DNA of 64,000 bases. Source: a virus (taxonomy: Duplodnaviria; Caudoviricetes). Shown piece after piece: positions 47,301 through 57,453 of the stretch. The notes beneath the pieces were generated by a model. That model was not told the DNA's origin, ran no database searches, and saw only the letters and a program-made list of their open reading frames with translations. Within the stretch, counting starts at the first letter, position 1. The number at the start of each line of letters is the position of its first letter. The stretch lies in the IMG/VR virus record IMGVR_UViG_3300025018_000001; one strand, written 5' to 3'. Made by a program: the position numbers and the translations under genes.

Positions 47301-49855
47301 ATTAAGTCTGACTTAGCTTGGCCCTTTATGCGTTGTGTAATGCTCCCTGAAAAAATAACAGACGCTATAATAGGGGAAGTGGGTAAATTTTCAATCGTAT
47401 AGTTACCACTATTCAGTTCACCGTCAGTCAAACTAGCTAAAGACCTTATAAGTGTTACATCTTCCTCTGGCCAGCCATCCCTTATTTCGGTATAATCTCC
47501 GCTAGGTTCTTTATCAAAGCTCCAACGTTCATAGACATATAAACCGTTTTCAAAGTCTATTACTGGGTTGTATAGTCTTACATATTTGTCCGCATCCTTA
47601 GGCTTTAATAGTATTTGGTTAACTTCCAATCTTGTAGAACAGTACTCTAATACTTCCATTTCTATAGATATATCTTCCTCTAAAGCATTTTTGCCTGTTA
47701 AAAATACTTTTAGTGGTACAGGGTTACCAGCTTCGTCAACTTCACCTGTATCCCATTTACGTATAACAGAGTGTAGTTTGTAATCATCCTGTATAACAAG
47801 AAGCACATAGCCAGCATTACCTAAAAATAACATCTTGCTAGCTGTAGCAGATTCACAAGTACTATCAATAAAAAACCTATCCATAACTTTGATTTTATAC
47901 ATACGATATCCAAGAAAATACGTAGGATTTTCATCAGACATTAATGTACCACCTGCAGCAACTACTACCTTTGTGTCAATATAAGTATGTACAGGCAAAG
48001 CACCATTAACACTGTCTCTACTCTTAAATGGTATAAATTTATAACTTATCTTTGGTGAGTATAATGGGAAGGTTATCGTGTGCTCATACTTAACTATACC
48101 CGAAACTTCTTGCTCAGGGGTGGTTGCTTCAAAGGAAGTTTGTGCTATAACCCCACCACAGAATACCTTTTTTACATGTATGGTAGAAAATGTATATATT
48201 TCAGAGCTTGTATCAAAAACTAATATCTTATTATCGCCAAAGAATGTCTTTACACCTATAGCAAATGCACCACTATTCCCTGGCCACTCATTATAGTACA
48301 TCTTATCTGGTGCTACTTCGTCAAGTAATTTAAAATAGCATTTCAGTTGTGTATGTCTATCTTTAAAACGTTGCTCTGCATAATCAGCATCTATACCCAC
48401 CCCTAGGGCAAACTCCCTGAAAGAGTACATATTTTTAAATCTTGCTATATCATTAAAGGGGAAATCAAAGTTGGGGTCACTAATATTTATAGCAAATAAG
48501 TTAGAATTATATCCAAAATAATCACCAATAATTAGTAAAGAGGTATGGTCAGAATAAGGCGTCTCAAAAACAAAATTATTAATACCTCCAACATCTGAAG
48601 TGTAGTCTGGTGATATATCAAATACAGACCTAATTATAGGTTCAAATAGTATGTCATTAAGCTCTTTTATAAGTGTGGCAAAAGTAGGAACTAGGCTATC
48701 AGAACTTGTACCTTTAGTAAGTAAAGTTTGGGTCCTACTTATAGAAAAACAAATGAAATCAGATATTTCAGTTTTTATTGTTTTCATAGTGTAATCAACT
48801 ATAACATTAGGCCCAGCGTATTGTACTTCAGGAGTAGAACCTTCATGTGCGAATATAAATGCCTCAGGTCCAAAGTAGTTCAAATATTCTTCAGGGTCCC
48901 AAGTTTCTTTTTTTATATTGTAACGTATCTCTAAAATCTGCTCCGCCATCACCTTATCACCGCCGCGCATGTAAACAGAACTTAAATAAGGCATAAAACC
49001 AGAACTAGCTAGATTTCCTGTGTACTTGGGGCAGTCAGGCATAGCACCATTACATGGTGGACGCATGTCCACATTATTTTCATCAGCAAAGAAATCAGCG
49101 AATGGTTGTACAAGAGGAGAAGTATTGGTGCACTTGAATTCTGGTGCCTTAACACTAAGCTTACCTGTCAAAGTATCTTGTTCTAAAGTAAAGGCGTATT
49201 TCTCACTGTTCCACCACTTGCACCTACCTAAAAGTGCACGTTTGTTCAGTACATCATATTTCATAGGTATATGTGACCCTGTAGGAAATCCTGGTTGTGT
49301 TGTTGTACCTTCAACAGTTACTCCTGGTATTGTACATACATCCTGTATAGGGGCTGTACCAAACCCAAGATGATGTGGTGAAAAACCAGCACATGTAACT
49401 TGTGTTCCTCCTGTAAGAGGATTATCCCCCTCTAAATTGCAATTGCCCTCATTATATCCTGTAATATTTGAGTAGTCTAGAGGTGTAGGGTTACCTTCTT
49501 CATCTAGTAATACACTTGGTGGAGTTACCCATTTAGGACAATTAGGTGACATAGCTACATGTCTATAAGGATCAGGTAAAACACACCTAGCTTTTATATC
49601 TGCATCTGTTGGAGGTGCGTCTGTGCTTACTGCATATTTTGTGCAGGAAAACCTCGCGGTTCCTACATAGTTACAGAAAGGGTATAAGTCTCCCCTTTGG
49701 ATAAAAGATGTCTCAACACCATTAACAATGGTAACGACTTCTTCTTCGTAAGTACAGATAGTATTTGTATTGTCCCAGTATATACACTGAACTGGTTCTT
49801 TTTCTATCCAATATTGACATCTATTAGTAGGTCTTGGGTTTCTTGTATAAGCCAT
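44366..49855 (-). CDS. 1829-aa putative virion protein with Cys-rich N-terminus
   Basis: Uninterrupted 5.5-kb ORF within the structural cluster; many C-x-x-W/Y motifs in the first ~280 aa. Confidence 0.65.
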   Translation of the reverse strand: MAYTRNPRPTNRCQYWIEKEPVQCIYWDNTNTICTYEEEVVTIVNGVETSFIQRGDLYPFCNYVGTARFSCTKYAVSTDAPPTDADIKARCVLPDPYRHVAMSPNCPKWVTPPSVLLDEEGNPTPLDYSNITGYNEGNCNLEGDNPLTGGTQVTCAGFSPHHLGFGTAPIQDVCTIPGVTVEGTTTQPGFPTGSHIPMKYDVLNKRALLGRCKWWNSEKYAFTLEQDTLTGKLSVKAPEFKCTNTSPLVQPFADFFADENNVDMRPPCNGAMPDCPKYTGNLASSGFMPYLSSVYMRGGDKVMAEQILEIRYNIKKETWDPEEYLNYFGPEAFIFAHEGSTPEVQYAGPNVIVDYTMKTIKTEISDFICFSISRTQTLLTKGTSSDSLVPTFATLIKELNDILFEPIIRSVFDISPDYTSDVGGINNFVFETPYSDHTSLLIIGDYFGYNSNLFAINISDPNFDFPFNDIARFKNMYSFREFALGVGIDADYAEQRFKDRHTQLKCYFKLLDEVAPDKMYYNEWPGNSGAFAIGVKTFFGDNKILVFDTSSEIYTFSTIHVKKVFCGGVIAQTSFEATTPEQEVSGIVKYEHTITFPLYSPKISYKFIPFKSRDSVNGALPVHTYIDTKVVVAAGGTLMSDENPTYFLGYRMYKIKVMDRFFIDSTCESATASKMLFLGNAGYVLLVIQDDYKLHSVIRKWDTGEVDEAGNPVPLKVFLTGKNALEEDISIEMEVLEYCSTRLEVNQILLKPKDADKYVRLYNPVIDFENGLYVYERWSFDKEPSGDYTEIRDGWPEEDVTLIRSLASLTDGELNSGNYTIENLPTSPIIASVIFSGSITQRIKGQAKSDLIIWAKKPFCSDVEIMYSWKANYQETLLLPTGYCFVAHIGTVKLETGIGGSSPRCGDHSFGSVSRRPSLMWYPYTSCDPYATYMLRSGNYENDEGLMEFWLNDVGRPDFSATDHGSEDLRMLGPTKHFGYTVDTHATVWACGCDYVYHNNDMISTPWFGGFARIRAGVTGEALYYMTQNGGIGPQFGNKNRPYLHSFRSTAALHYYYVTDGGGIAKDKKWMPMYEAFSDMALSSDFTEFPWNNYFNEGDIAATYVHQFGMLSARNVDNTSINERLLKGDGTDSSLKRYRFSEIFIAHSTTTGMVYPSPRKAYFSGTDTPRPITAWLTYKDSPEADTAIQWAWREKWKPLERELIDIRTSLMDLDFAICDTSEIHSKYLSFLDISYTNYTYDFRIDEFRRIPDEGFHKITWEPSIYDPETPLPTYFIVRLDNGPVRLLNTKLELIKDVSEIEEGVAFDSLSLDDIKKHMDFYEVCSAVYWLNSVTSEADLEVMAISAITGGFILYTEEAEIVETEELAKDNAKDGKRMVSIYKDGEQYDMYFNRGLYTMVNPSMVKYLPKDMAPIELPYEVKLSRPSADDSNYSTINVSEFYPASDSFDMKYFFTSGTVTIIFKFETPVNIGQVDISFLKGREIIEPNSEEESTITNYFHIPEVVLKRSVDDVVFKDVETFDFVSSDIEEELVQFSKEYKITNLTQDYMAELSSSFSVTFNYSLDMINFTNDDIEFQHYIFIGAIKFKKVFYIAQEETIQVHERKFNISVGGYGTFPIHGRENQGSLLYPSTTELSTTYQYDNAFGMVGMSGSEGEFTSVGKTQSRICGKVQQDAENLYGSYLDFETKQKELYDEIALAGTEEISYVSIAREVFKETLSNTGVTSFPEWTCRFKNTTMVPLRAVPPKQLYYPEGHNWTWDNNSFKDFFNCGGGGLRQIVTIFAYKWGRISGIYGFVHERDIFDLYSYGLSDVLTRMANPADTIADRLSSL

Positions 49856-49890
49856 TAGTTATCAACACCTATTAGAAAATTGTTTGGCAT
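49855..49890 (-). CDS. Possible 11-aa leader ORF (MPNNFLIGVDN) coupled to the 1829-aa gene
   Basis: RBS AGGGAG precedes the ATG at 49890; its TAA overlaps the downstream ATG (TAATG). Confidence 0.35.
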   Translation of the reverse strand: MPNNFLIGVDN

Positions 49891-49911
49891 TTTTATCTCC
49901 CTATTAAAGTT

Positions 49912-49988
49912 AAAAAAGTGTGGTTAGAGTTAATGTAATAGGCATTACCTCAACCCCCGTCAGGGCTGTCCCACAGATGTTAGGCTGT
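49912..49988 (-). other. GC-rich structured intergenic element ending in a U6 tract (terminator/attenuator-like)
   Basis: UGUGG...CCACA outer pairing enclosing CAGCCCU-GACG-GGGGUUG and GUAAU-GCCU-AUUAC hairpins, followed by CUUUUUU. Confidence 0.5.
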
Positions 49989-49993
49989 ATTAT

Positions 49994-51547
49994 TTAACTA
50001 TAATCAAAAAAAGTTCTATAGTTACAGGTACTTGCTCCTGTTTCTGAACTACCTAATTTTATATTAAACCATACAGGGTCAGCTACTAAAAATTTATTTC
50101 CTACCGCTTGTGAGTCATCTGCAGTAGCGACAACCATTAAATTAGCTTTAGTTGAATATAAGTACGTTGGTGCTATGTCACTGTCTATGTCTCCTGGGAC
50201 AATTCCTGGGTACCATTCTACACCAGTTTCAGTACCTGTACCAGCATTATTACCAGGACCGGCTGTACCAAATCTAAACATAGTATCATTATTACCTGCA
50301 TAATGATGTTGAAAAGAACCATGACTCTGTAAACCAAACTTAACCGAACTTAACTGATAAGCTCCGGACTCAATTTCAAAGGTTACGCATCTTACAGTTG
50401 ACTCAGTAGAAACAGTAACATTACCAAAATTAACACTGGCTATATTATAACTATATGGTTTTGGCCCCTGACACATGACATAAAACTCATCACGTATACC
50501 TAAGTAGTCTGAACCACTTGTAGGTAAAAATTCTACTGCTAGTCCTCTAGTACCTAAAGATATATTTGTACCTGACGCTGGGGTTACAACACCCGCTGCC
50601 ATATCACCTTTTGAGGAACTGTAGGACATCAAAGCACTTCCAGGTATATCGGTAACATTTGTACCACTTGTGTAGTCAGGTTTATAACAAGGTATTGTCC
50701 AATATCCTGCCGCAAATACGGCATCTGTGAACTTAACCATTAAACCTCTTGTACCTATATTATACCAATTTCCTGGGTATAATAATTCTGTAGAAACACT
50801 AGAGTCATCCACAGAAGGAGACGCAGTCCAAGTCATAGTAGGTACATTTCCTGAACCACCAGCTAAGGTAGTACCGTTAGTTACATCCACAGTAACAGTA
50901 TATGTAGTGTCAGCGCTGTAATTATACACGCCACCAGTAGTCATAACACCATCGTATGTTATACTTTTAACTGGGGTACCTATACCTCTAGGGGCGTCAT
51001 TATCATTAGTAATTACAATTTTGTAAACTTCAGGCTCCATGCCTTTAAAATCACCTGTTATATTCAAAGTACCTGCAAAGTTATTTGTACCTGCAGTACC
51101 ACCTACTTCAGATACTGTAGCGAATCCCAATACAGCATGAGCACTCTCAGCACCTATTGTTGTAACCGCCACAGAGGAGGCAACCCCAAGGGTACCAGAG
51201 TATATTTTAAATCTATTACCTTGACCAGGTGTGTTAGTCCATACACATTGTGCATCATCCCACCTGTCGTCATTCTTACCTAAATTACGCATCTTTTCTG
51301 TTATATCTTTTGCAACAAATCTAGGGTCTAGGTCTGTACCTTCATACAAAGTTATGTACGGGCCTGGATCTCCGTCTATACTTAGATAAAGTTTATTTGT
51401 AGTAGGTCCAATAGTAAAAGTATCACTTACACTAGAAGTACCTATAGAGTAGCCTCTTTTTCCAACACAACCTGCGTTTCTACCTTCTCCAATAGTACCT
51501 GTAGACGCTGGGTCGTATTGAACCCATCTCGTTATAGCAGCACACAT
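49994..51547 (-). CDS. Gly/Thr-rich virion structural protein
   Basis: Strong AGGAGG RBS; contains the 'LSIDG...FKIYSGT...SSV...LGF' module shared with the 321-aa and 2269-aa proteins. Confidence 0.6.
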   Translation of the reverse strand: MCAAITRWVQYDPASTGTIGEGRNAGCVGKRGYSIGTSSVSDTFTIGPTTNKLYLSIDGDPGPYITLYEGTDLDPRFVAKDITEKMRNLGKNDDRWDDAQCVWTNTPGQGNRFKIYSGTLGVASSVAVTTIGAESAHAVLGFATVSEVGGTAGTNNFAGTLNITGDFKGMEPEVYKIVITNDNDAPRGIGTPVKSITYDGVMTTGGVYNYSADTTYTVTVDVTNGTTLAGGSGNVPTMTWTASPSVDDSSVSTELLYPGNWYNIGTRGLMVKFTDAVFAAGYWTIPCYKPDYTSGTNVTDIPGSALMSYSSSKGDMAAGVVTPASGTNISLGTRGLAVEFLPTSGSDYLGIRDEFYVMCQGPKPYSYNIASVNFGNVTVSTESTVRCVTFEIESGAYQLSSVKFGLQSHGSFQHHYAGNNDTMFRFGTAGPGNNAGTGTETGVEWYPGIVPGDIDSDIAPTYLYSTKANLMVVATADDSQAVGNKFLVADPVWFNIKLGSSETGASTCNYRTFFDYS

Positions 51548-51617
51548 ATATCAATCCTCCTATTTTTATATCTTTAGGTGTACACTAGCATAACACCTTC
51601 TTCTCAATTTATTATTC

Positions 51618-52232
51618 TTACTGTGGTGCATTTTCCAGAGAGAATGTAAAAGTCTTAGCAGGTAAAATATTACCAGAAAAATCTTTAACCCCTGAGATCG
51701 TCACGCTATATGTCTTACCATACATAAAGTACTTACTTTGTGGTTTAACTTCTGCTAGCATATTGTATTGCCCCGATCCTTCTACAGAAATAAGCGCTTC
51801 TAAACTAGACTCCTTGTAAGTAGTAGTTTTAAAAAATGTAGAAAAATAAGCTGTATTTGCATTTAAAACATCGTTAGTAGCTGTTACTGATATAGGTATT
51901 TCTTTATTAAGAGGCCATTTAACTACTTTATCCCAAGTAAGCTCATACCCATATTGTAGAATAAAAACAGTACTTATGTATTCATCATTACTATTACTTC
52001 CAAAAACCTCTAATAACATAGTACCACTAGGTACGGTAGAGTATGTTAAAGTGTACCCATCACTTATTGGTGTGATTATATAAGGTACGGTAGCACCATT
52101 ATCTGTCATATACGTACCTGACAAAGTAACCATATGAGTATCATCTGTTATGTCCACACTGAAATCCACTAAAGATGTACAATATACTGTAGAATCTTCA
52201 GGTATGGAAAAATTTGTTATATAAAGTGCCAT
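51618..52232 (-). CDS. Ig-like (Big_5-type) virion protein
   Basis: C-terminal 'YSVTISGVKDFSGNILP..TFTF'. Confidence 0.55.
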   Translation of the reverse strand: MALYITNFSIPEDSTVYCTSLVDFSVDITDDTHMVTLSGTYMTDNGATVPYIITPISDGYTLTYSTVPSGTMLLEVFGSNSNDEYISTVFILQYGYELTWDKVVKWPLNKEIPISVTATNDVLNANTAYFSTFFKTTTYKESSLEALISVEGSGQYNMLAEVKPQSKYFMYGKTYSVTISGVKDFSGNILPAKTFTFSLENAPQ

Positions 52233-52269
52233 ATGTTATATTACCTATACTAATTCGTAGTTAGATTAA

Positions 52270-54879
52270 TTATAATATTCTCTTAATTATAGGAGTTACA
52301 TTATGTTCTCTTATAATGTTATCAACAATTAATTCAATACTATCTTCTTTGACACCGTTTCCCCCATCATAAACTACAAATTTAACAATCGTGGTACGTG
52401 TGTTTAGACCCCTCGAACAAGACACGGGTAGAAAACTATCCGAGTCTATAAATGGTGCTAAGCTAGAGGCTAAAGTGAATCTCCACATATCATATAAAAC
52501 ATTTTTTTGTCCCGATGAATCATTTATCTGTATAGATATTTCAATGTCTTGCCCGTAGTAAAATATATTCTCATTAACATATGTTATACTGTAGCCATTA
52601 GGTATAGATGTATAATTGAATATCTTTATTCTATTATTGACATATAGGTCCAAGGAGGTTATGTCAACCCCGACCTCACTATCTAATATATCGAAACTTA
52701 TATCAGTATGTAGTGGTACGCCTACTGCGTCTCTAGGAGGATTTTCATTTATTACAAATGGTGGTTTGTAATCTGGTATAACCTTAAACCAATAGTCGAA
52801 CTCTATTATGTTAGCTGGTATAGCATTATCATAGACGGAAAGGTATACATATACAATGGCGTCATTATGAAAGTAAGCTGGGGGTGTAAACAATACTTCT
52901 AAACCTAATAAACCTCCACCCGCATCAAACTCTGTTACTGTTAATAAAATACTATCCGAGTAGTCTATAAAACCTGTATCGCCCGCATAAGACAGCTCTC
53001 TTACTTTAAAAATTAACGTACTTTTATTTAGATCGAAACCATATGGGGCTAAACTGAGCCAAATAGTAGCGTTTACATTATTCTTATCAGAAAAAGGCAC
53101 AGGTACCGCATCTATTAGAAACCTAAACTGAGCAATAAAAACATTATCTTTATTACTACCTTCTGGTAAATGTCTACTTATATAAGTTTGACTTAATGCA
53201 CATGATCCTAAATGAGTTGTCAACTGTTTTACAGCTGAAGAACTAGTAATTAGTGCCTTTTGTACAACACCTAAATCACCTTCAAAGTCTTGTAGCTGTC
53301 TAATAATAGGAACCCAAGGTAAATTTTGAAAAGTCTCGTGTCCACCTGGCATTTTAAATTTACTATAACTCCGTAAAGAGAATGTAGAAACAAATGATAC
53401 TAGTTGTTTAACTATATTAGTATTACTTTTAGAATCTATCTTCTGTGTTATTATTGGTACACCAAACCCAGCTAAGTCTGTCCTATCCAATATAAATTTA
53501 GCATCTAAATATAATATCATAGATGCCCATACATATATACTACCCGTAAGTATATTTGAACCATCTGTATAAGCTACAACTTTAATATCCCCATTTATAT
53601 TAGATATAAGAGATTCGTTATACCAATTACTAGTATAAGTTATACTTCCCAAACCATTTATATCAGTTACCGCTTCCTTATTTACTTCTCCCCACACTCC
53701 ACCAGTGTCGCCATATTCCTTATCAAAATGAATAGTTTTATTAGATATAACCATACCGTACTGGTCTGTAACTTTAGCATATATAGTTATTGTATCTTGG
53801 TTTGCTATACGTCTTGTATCAGTATAGAGCACTAAACAGTCAGAGTATCTATAAGGGCTATCCTCATGGTAGTTGTACGTTGTCCAAGTAATTTCAGCAT
53901 AAGTACCTGTGTCAGAGCGCATTATCTTACTCTTCTGTAATCTGTACATACTAGAAGGGGTAAACGTTATAGCTTTTATATCTAATACGGTATTACTATT
54001 TATTTTTGTTACGTTTAATCTACTCGACTTGATGACAGTATGATCAAAAATGTCAATGTACAGTAATTCTGCGTTTTTAACAATAGCTACGGAGTTGTAA
54101 TAAGGTATACCATAATTAGCAGTTTCTAAACCATTGTAGAGAGCACTGTCATGTCTACCTAAAGTTTCACCTGTAGTATTATCAATAGTTAACATAACTC
54201 CCCTAGTTGTATCTACACCATAACCTACATCACTAAATAAATACATATCACCTAAGTATGTTACAGGGTCTCCAACGTTAAAATAACTATGAAGTGGTAT
54301 GCCTACGTCTGACTTAATAAAAACAGTAGTACCGGAAACAGAGGTTGCCTCCACTTCTTCATAAGCACCTAAATAGGAGGTGTTACTACTTGGCCCAACG
54401 TACATTCGAGTACCCGACACTACATTATCCACATTATCTAATACAATACTAGCTGTACTGGTTACGGTGGTTAAAGATAAATTTGTGTAATATCTACCGG
54501 CGGCCATAGCTTTACTAACTATAGTATCAAAACCACTTGATGCTTTTGTTATAGTGTAATCTAAATTTAATCTGGTGTTATCTTTATCTAAATCCCATTT
54601 CTTTATTGATACGGAAGATTCTAAATTACTTTCCATTGTTATAAATACCATACCAGACTGTAGGGCACTTAAGTCTCTTGGCCCAATGTAGTCTAGATAG
54701 TATATAATAGTATCTTGTGCTATGTTAGGATTAAAAGTATAGGACACTGTAGTAACACCAGTGCTATTCTTTATCAATAGCCTAGCAGTTGATGTTGTGG
54801 TATCTACAGTAGCGAAAGTACCAAGTAAGGGGGCTATACAGAAGTTAGGTTGCTGTGCTAGTATATTTTCTTGTGCCAT
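52270..54879 (-). CDS. Virion protein, paralog 3 (shared N-terminal domain, Big_1-like and Ig-like C-terminus)
   Basis: N-terminal ~300 aa align with the 854-aa and 615-aa proteins; 'KVTDQYG..ISNKTIHF' Big_1-like. Confidence 0.62.
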   Translation of the reverse strand: MAQENILAQQPNFCIAPLLGTFATVDTTTSTARLLIKNSTGVTTVSYTFNPNIAQDTIIYYLDYIGPRDLSALQSGMVFITMESNLESSVSIKKWDLDKDNTRLNLDYTITKASSGFDTIVSKAMAAGRYYTNLSLTTVTSTASIVLDNVDNVVSGTRMYVGPSSNTSYLGAYEEVEATSVSGTTVFIKSDVGIPLHSYFNVGDPVTYLGDMYLFSDVGYGVDTTRGVMLTIDNTTGETLGRHDSALYNGLETANYGIPYYNSVAIVKNAELLYIDIFDHTVIKSSRLNVTKINSNTVLDIKAITFTPSSMYRLQKSKIMRSDTGTYAEITWTTYNYHEDSPYRYSDCLVLYTDTRRIANQDTITIYAKVTDQYGMVISNKTIHFDKEYGDTGGVWGEVNKEAVTDINGLGSITYTSNWYNESLISNINGDIKVVAYTDGSNILTGSIYVWASMILYLDAKFILDRTDLAGFGVPIITQKIDSKSNTNIVKQLVSFVSTFSLRSYSKFKMPGGHETFQNLPWVPIIRQLQDFEGDLGVVQKALITSSSAVKQLTTHLGSCALSQTYISRHLPEGSNKDNVFIAQFRFLIDAVPVPFSDKNNVNATIWLSLAPYGFDLNKSTLIFKVRELSYAGDTGFIDYSDSILLTVTEFDAGGGLLGLEVLFTPPAYFHNDAIVYVYLSVYDNAIPANIIEFDYWFKVIPDYKPPFVINENPPRDAVGVPLHTDISFDILDSEVGVDITSLDLYVNNRIKIFNYTSIPNGYSITYVNENIFYYGQDIEISIQINDSSGQKNVLYDMWRFTLASSLAPFIDSDSFLPVSCSRGLNTRTTIVKFVVYDGGNGVKEDSIELIVDNIIREHNVTPIIKRIL

Positions 54880-54880
54880 A

Positions 54881-57445
54881 TTAATCCACCTGAGTAACTG
54901 TAGCTTCTATTTCAACTACCCTAAGTGCTGTGCCTGAAGTATAGCCAGTATCAGCTCTTCCCGTATTATAGAAAATATCAGTATAAACTGTTTTAGAAGT
55001 TACAAAACCTATTGGGTCATCATCTGTAAATGAGACGGGCCTGTTTACAACACCTTGACCGTATTGGTCAAAAACTATTGATGTAATTACAGCTGTATTT
55101 CTTCCCGTAGCTGGTAATATATGTGTAGAAGCGTCTACTGATATAAAATCAATAAAAGAACGTATAGGAGATATTTGATAATTATATGTTGCCCATGTAT
55201 AATCCGTACCATAATAGGATGCTTCCATCTGCAGTCTATACAAATTATCACCATCAATATCAATATCATATACTGTTATTATAGTAGATTGATTATTACG
55301 TACATTATCCATAGCCATAGTCCCATAATAGATACTAGAATCAACGGGGTACCTTAAATAACCACTATAAAAAGCTAAGTCATTAAAATAGGCACCAGAT
55401 ATGGTAGTCAGAGAAGAGGTCATACCTAAAGATAATAAGCATTCTTGTGTATAAATGGTTATAGGATTAAAGTTAAACCATGCACTATCAACGCCTGATA
55501 TAGACGTCAAATAGCTTAATTGTAGGCTATTGGGGGTTTTTATAGCTTTAAACTTATAAGATAATCCATCTATACCTGAGGCCACTGTATTATATTGAGT
55601 TAATGAGCCATTTATAGTGACACCTAATACTGTACTACCATTTAAAGCACTAAAATAATCACTGTCTTTATCATAAAAATTTGATATTTCGTAATAAGTT
55701 AAAGCCCTACCATACAGCATAAAGTTATCTAACGCAAAGTTTCTTCCAGGGTACTGTGGGCTGGTACCAAAATATAGAGCGGCTAAAGGGTTACTGGTTG
55801 TGGTACCATTAAGAACTAAAGATCCTTTTAAAACCTTGTCGTAATAAACATAAAGTGTGTTATCTTTTTTTATAAATGCTATATGTACCCAACTATTTAT
55901 AGGGGTTGTTACAGACACGATCTGTGTAGCATTTACAGTAGTAGTTACACCAAACTTTAACACATTAACGTCATTACTGAACCAAATATAAGGAGATCTG
56001 AATGATCCAGCACTTTTCTGTATTATTGTGTGTTGTGCTGTATCAAAACCTCCTATTAGTTTGATCCAAAAAACCATAGAAAAGTCGGCACCGTCTTTAC
56101 CAACTTCTAATAGAGGGGTACTTGTGATATTTACAGAAGTGGTGGCTATAAAACTAGCAGCACCTGATGCTGTTGTATCCATACCATCAATATATGTTGG
56201 GGCTATAACAGTATTATATGGAAAATTATTGCCTGAGTAATCCGTGAATGACCCATTGAAAGGATAGTATAGTACAAGGTTATTTGTACTTACATTACTA
56301 TTAAAATCTGTGGAATACCTCAAACCTATCTCTACATTAGTTTTACTTGTTTGAAAGTCTAACCCCATGTAGTGATTATACTGCTTTAAGTCTACACCAG
56401 AAAAAGTAGTCACTCCCCACAGCGTACCAGAGACCTGGACCTCAAAGTCATTTAGTAATAAGTAGGTTGATTCAACTCTATCATGGCCGTTACCTGTAGT
56501 AGAGAAGTATAAAGAATTATTTAATATCTTGGGATCACCTAAGGGCACAGTCCACTTAGTTTCATCAGGTAGACTGTTATCAACAGCTATAAATGAGTCA
56601 GAGCCTCTAACATCCGCATTATACCTATATAAATCACGTAAGTCACGTAATTTTAAATTAGTTCCTTTAACATAGGCTAATGTAAATACATCTGGAAAAT
56701 CTTGTAGTACACCCTGTAGTCTATAAAATTTAGATGCAGATATGTTTTTGTATTCTACATCTGTGAACCTGCCCATTTCCATACCGGTATAGGGGTTTAG
56801 TGTTATTAACGCTCCTGTATTATCTGATAGATAACTAGAATAGTTATTAAACACATATATTGATGAAATTATATTTACAGGATCTCCTGCTAAATAATTA
56901 TTAACCAGAGGTGCTTTTAAATATATATTCTGTCCTTCAACCCCACTAACTGTAACTAACTCTCTTTGGTCAAATTTGTTAAAACCTAGACCTATAATAG
57001 TTCCAGATACTGTAGCGAATTCAACATACTCATCCATAGAAATAACAAGATCACCATCATAGGCATCTACTGTTAATTTAGTATTGTAGTATTCTACAGA
57101 TATAGTATTAATGTCATATTTTAGGTAGCCTGATATATCAGTCAATGGGAACTGATTTACCATTACACAAGTGAAATTAATTATATTCCAGCATCGTATA
57201 ACGTAGCCAGTGCCTGAGGTGAATTTCTGTAGTGACCAAAAATTGTAGCCATCATACTGTAGACAAAGTATATCCCCTACAGTGTATATAGTAAAACTAC
57301 TAGGTAAATCCACAGGGTATTGGAATGTTGTGGCCCCGGCGGAAGATTTCTGAGAAAGTATTCTATTAGTATAGTCTAAGAGATAGAAATAACCGTCCTG
57401 TACAACTAGGTGTCGTTGATGAAAACGTATATTTTCATAAGTCAT
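54881..57445 (-). CDS. Virion protein, paralog 2 (LamG insertion, Big_1-like C-terminus)
   Basis: 'LYYPFNG...FSMVFWIK...WVHIAF...YYD...LDNFMLYGRALT' LamG; 'DQYGQGVVNRPVSF'. Confidence 0.65.
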   Translation of the reverse strand: MTYENIRFHQRHLVVQDGYFYLLDYTNRILSQKSSAGATTFQYPVDLPSSFTIYTVGDILCLQYDGYNFWSLQKFTSGTGYVIRCWNIINFTCVMVNQFPLTDISGYLKYDINTISVEYYNTKLTVDAYDGDLVISMDEYVEFATVSGTIIGLGFNKFDQRELVTVSGVEGQNIYLKAPLVNNYLAGDPVNIISSIYVFNNYSSYLSDNTGALITLNPYTGMEMGRFTDVEYKNISASKFYRLQGVLQDFPDVFTLAYVKGTNLKLRDLRDLYRYNADVRGSDSFIAVDNSLPDETKWTVPLGDPKILNNSLYFSTTGNGHDRVESTYLLLNDFEVQVSGTLWGVTTFSGVDLKQYNHYMGLDFQTSKTNVEIGLRYSTDFNSNVSTNNLVLYYPFNGSFTDYSGNNFPYNTVIAPTYIDGMDTTASGAASFIATTSVNITSTPLLEVGKDGADFSMVFWIKLIGGFDTAQHTIIQKSAGSFRSPYIWFSNDVNVLKFGVTTTVNATQIVSVTTPINSWVHIAFIKKDNTLYVYYDKVLKGSLVLNGTTTSNPLAALYFGTSPQYPGRNFALDNFMLYGRALTYYEISNFYDKDSDYFSALNGSTVLGVTINGSLTQYNTVASGIDGLSYKFKAIKTPNSLQLSYLTSISGVDSAWFNFNPITIYTQECLLSLGMTSSLTTISGAYFNDLAFYSGYLRYPVDSSIYYGTMAMDNVRNNQSTIITVYDIDIDGDNLYRLQMEASYYGTDYTWATYNYQISPIRSFIDFISVDASTHILPATGRNTAVITSIVFDQYGQGVVNRPVSFTDDDPIGFVTSKTVYTDIFYNTGRADTGYTSGTALRVVEIEATVTQVD

Positions 57446-57453
57446 ACTATCTC

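Noticed and set aside
49855-49890. Programmed -1 frameshift fusing the mini-ORF to the 1829-aa ORF
   Set aside because: The long-ORF frame has TGA and TAA immediately upstream of its ATG, and there is no slippery heptamer.
49912-49988. Match to known riboswitches (SAM-I 'GGGAC.GGCCC', c-di-AMP 'CCGUCAG')
   Set aside because: Only short fragments resemble them, and the required conserved cores are absent. Kept as an unnamed structure.
51576-51598. AGGTGT...ACACCT hairpin between the 204-aa and 517-aa genes as a terminator
   Set aside because: Only a 6-bp stem with a large loop and no U-tract on the coding strand; too weak to call.
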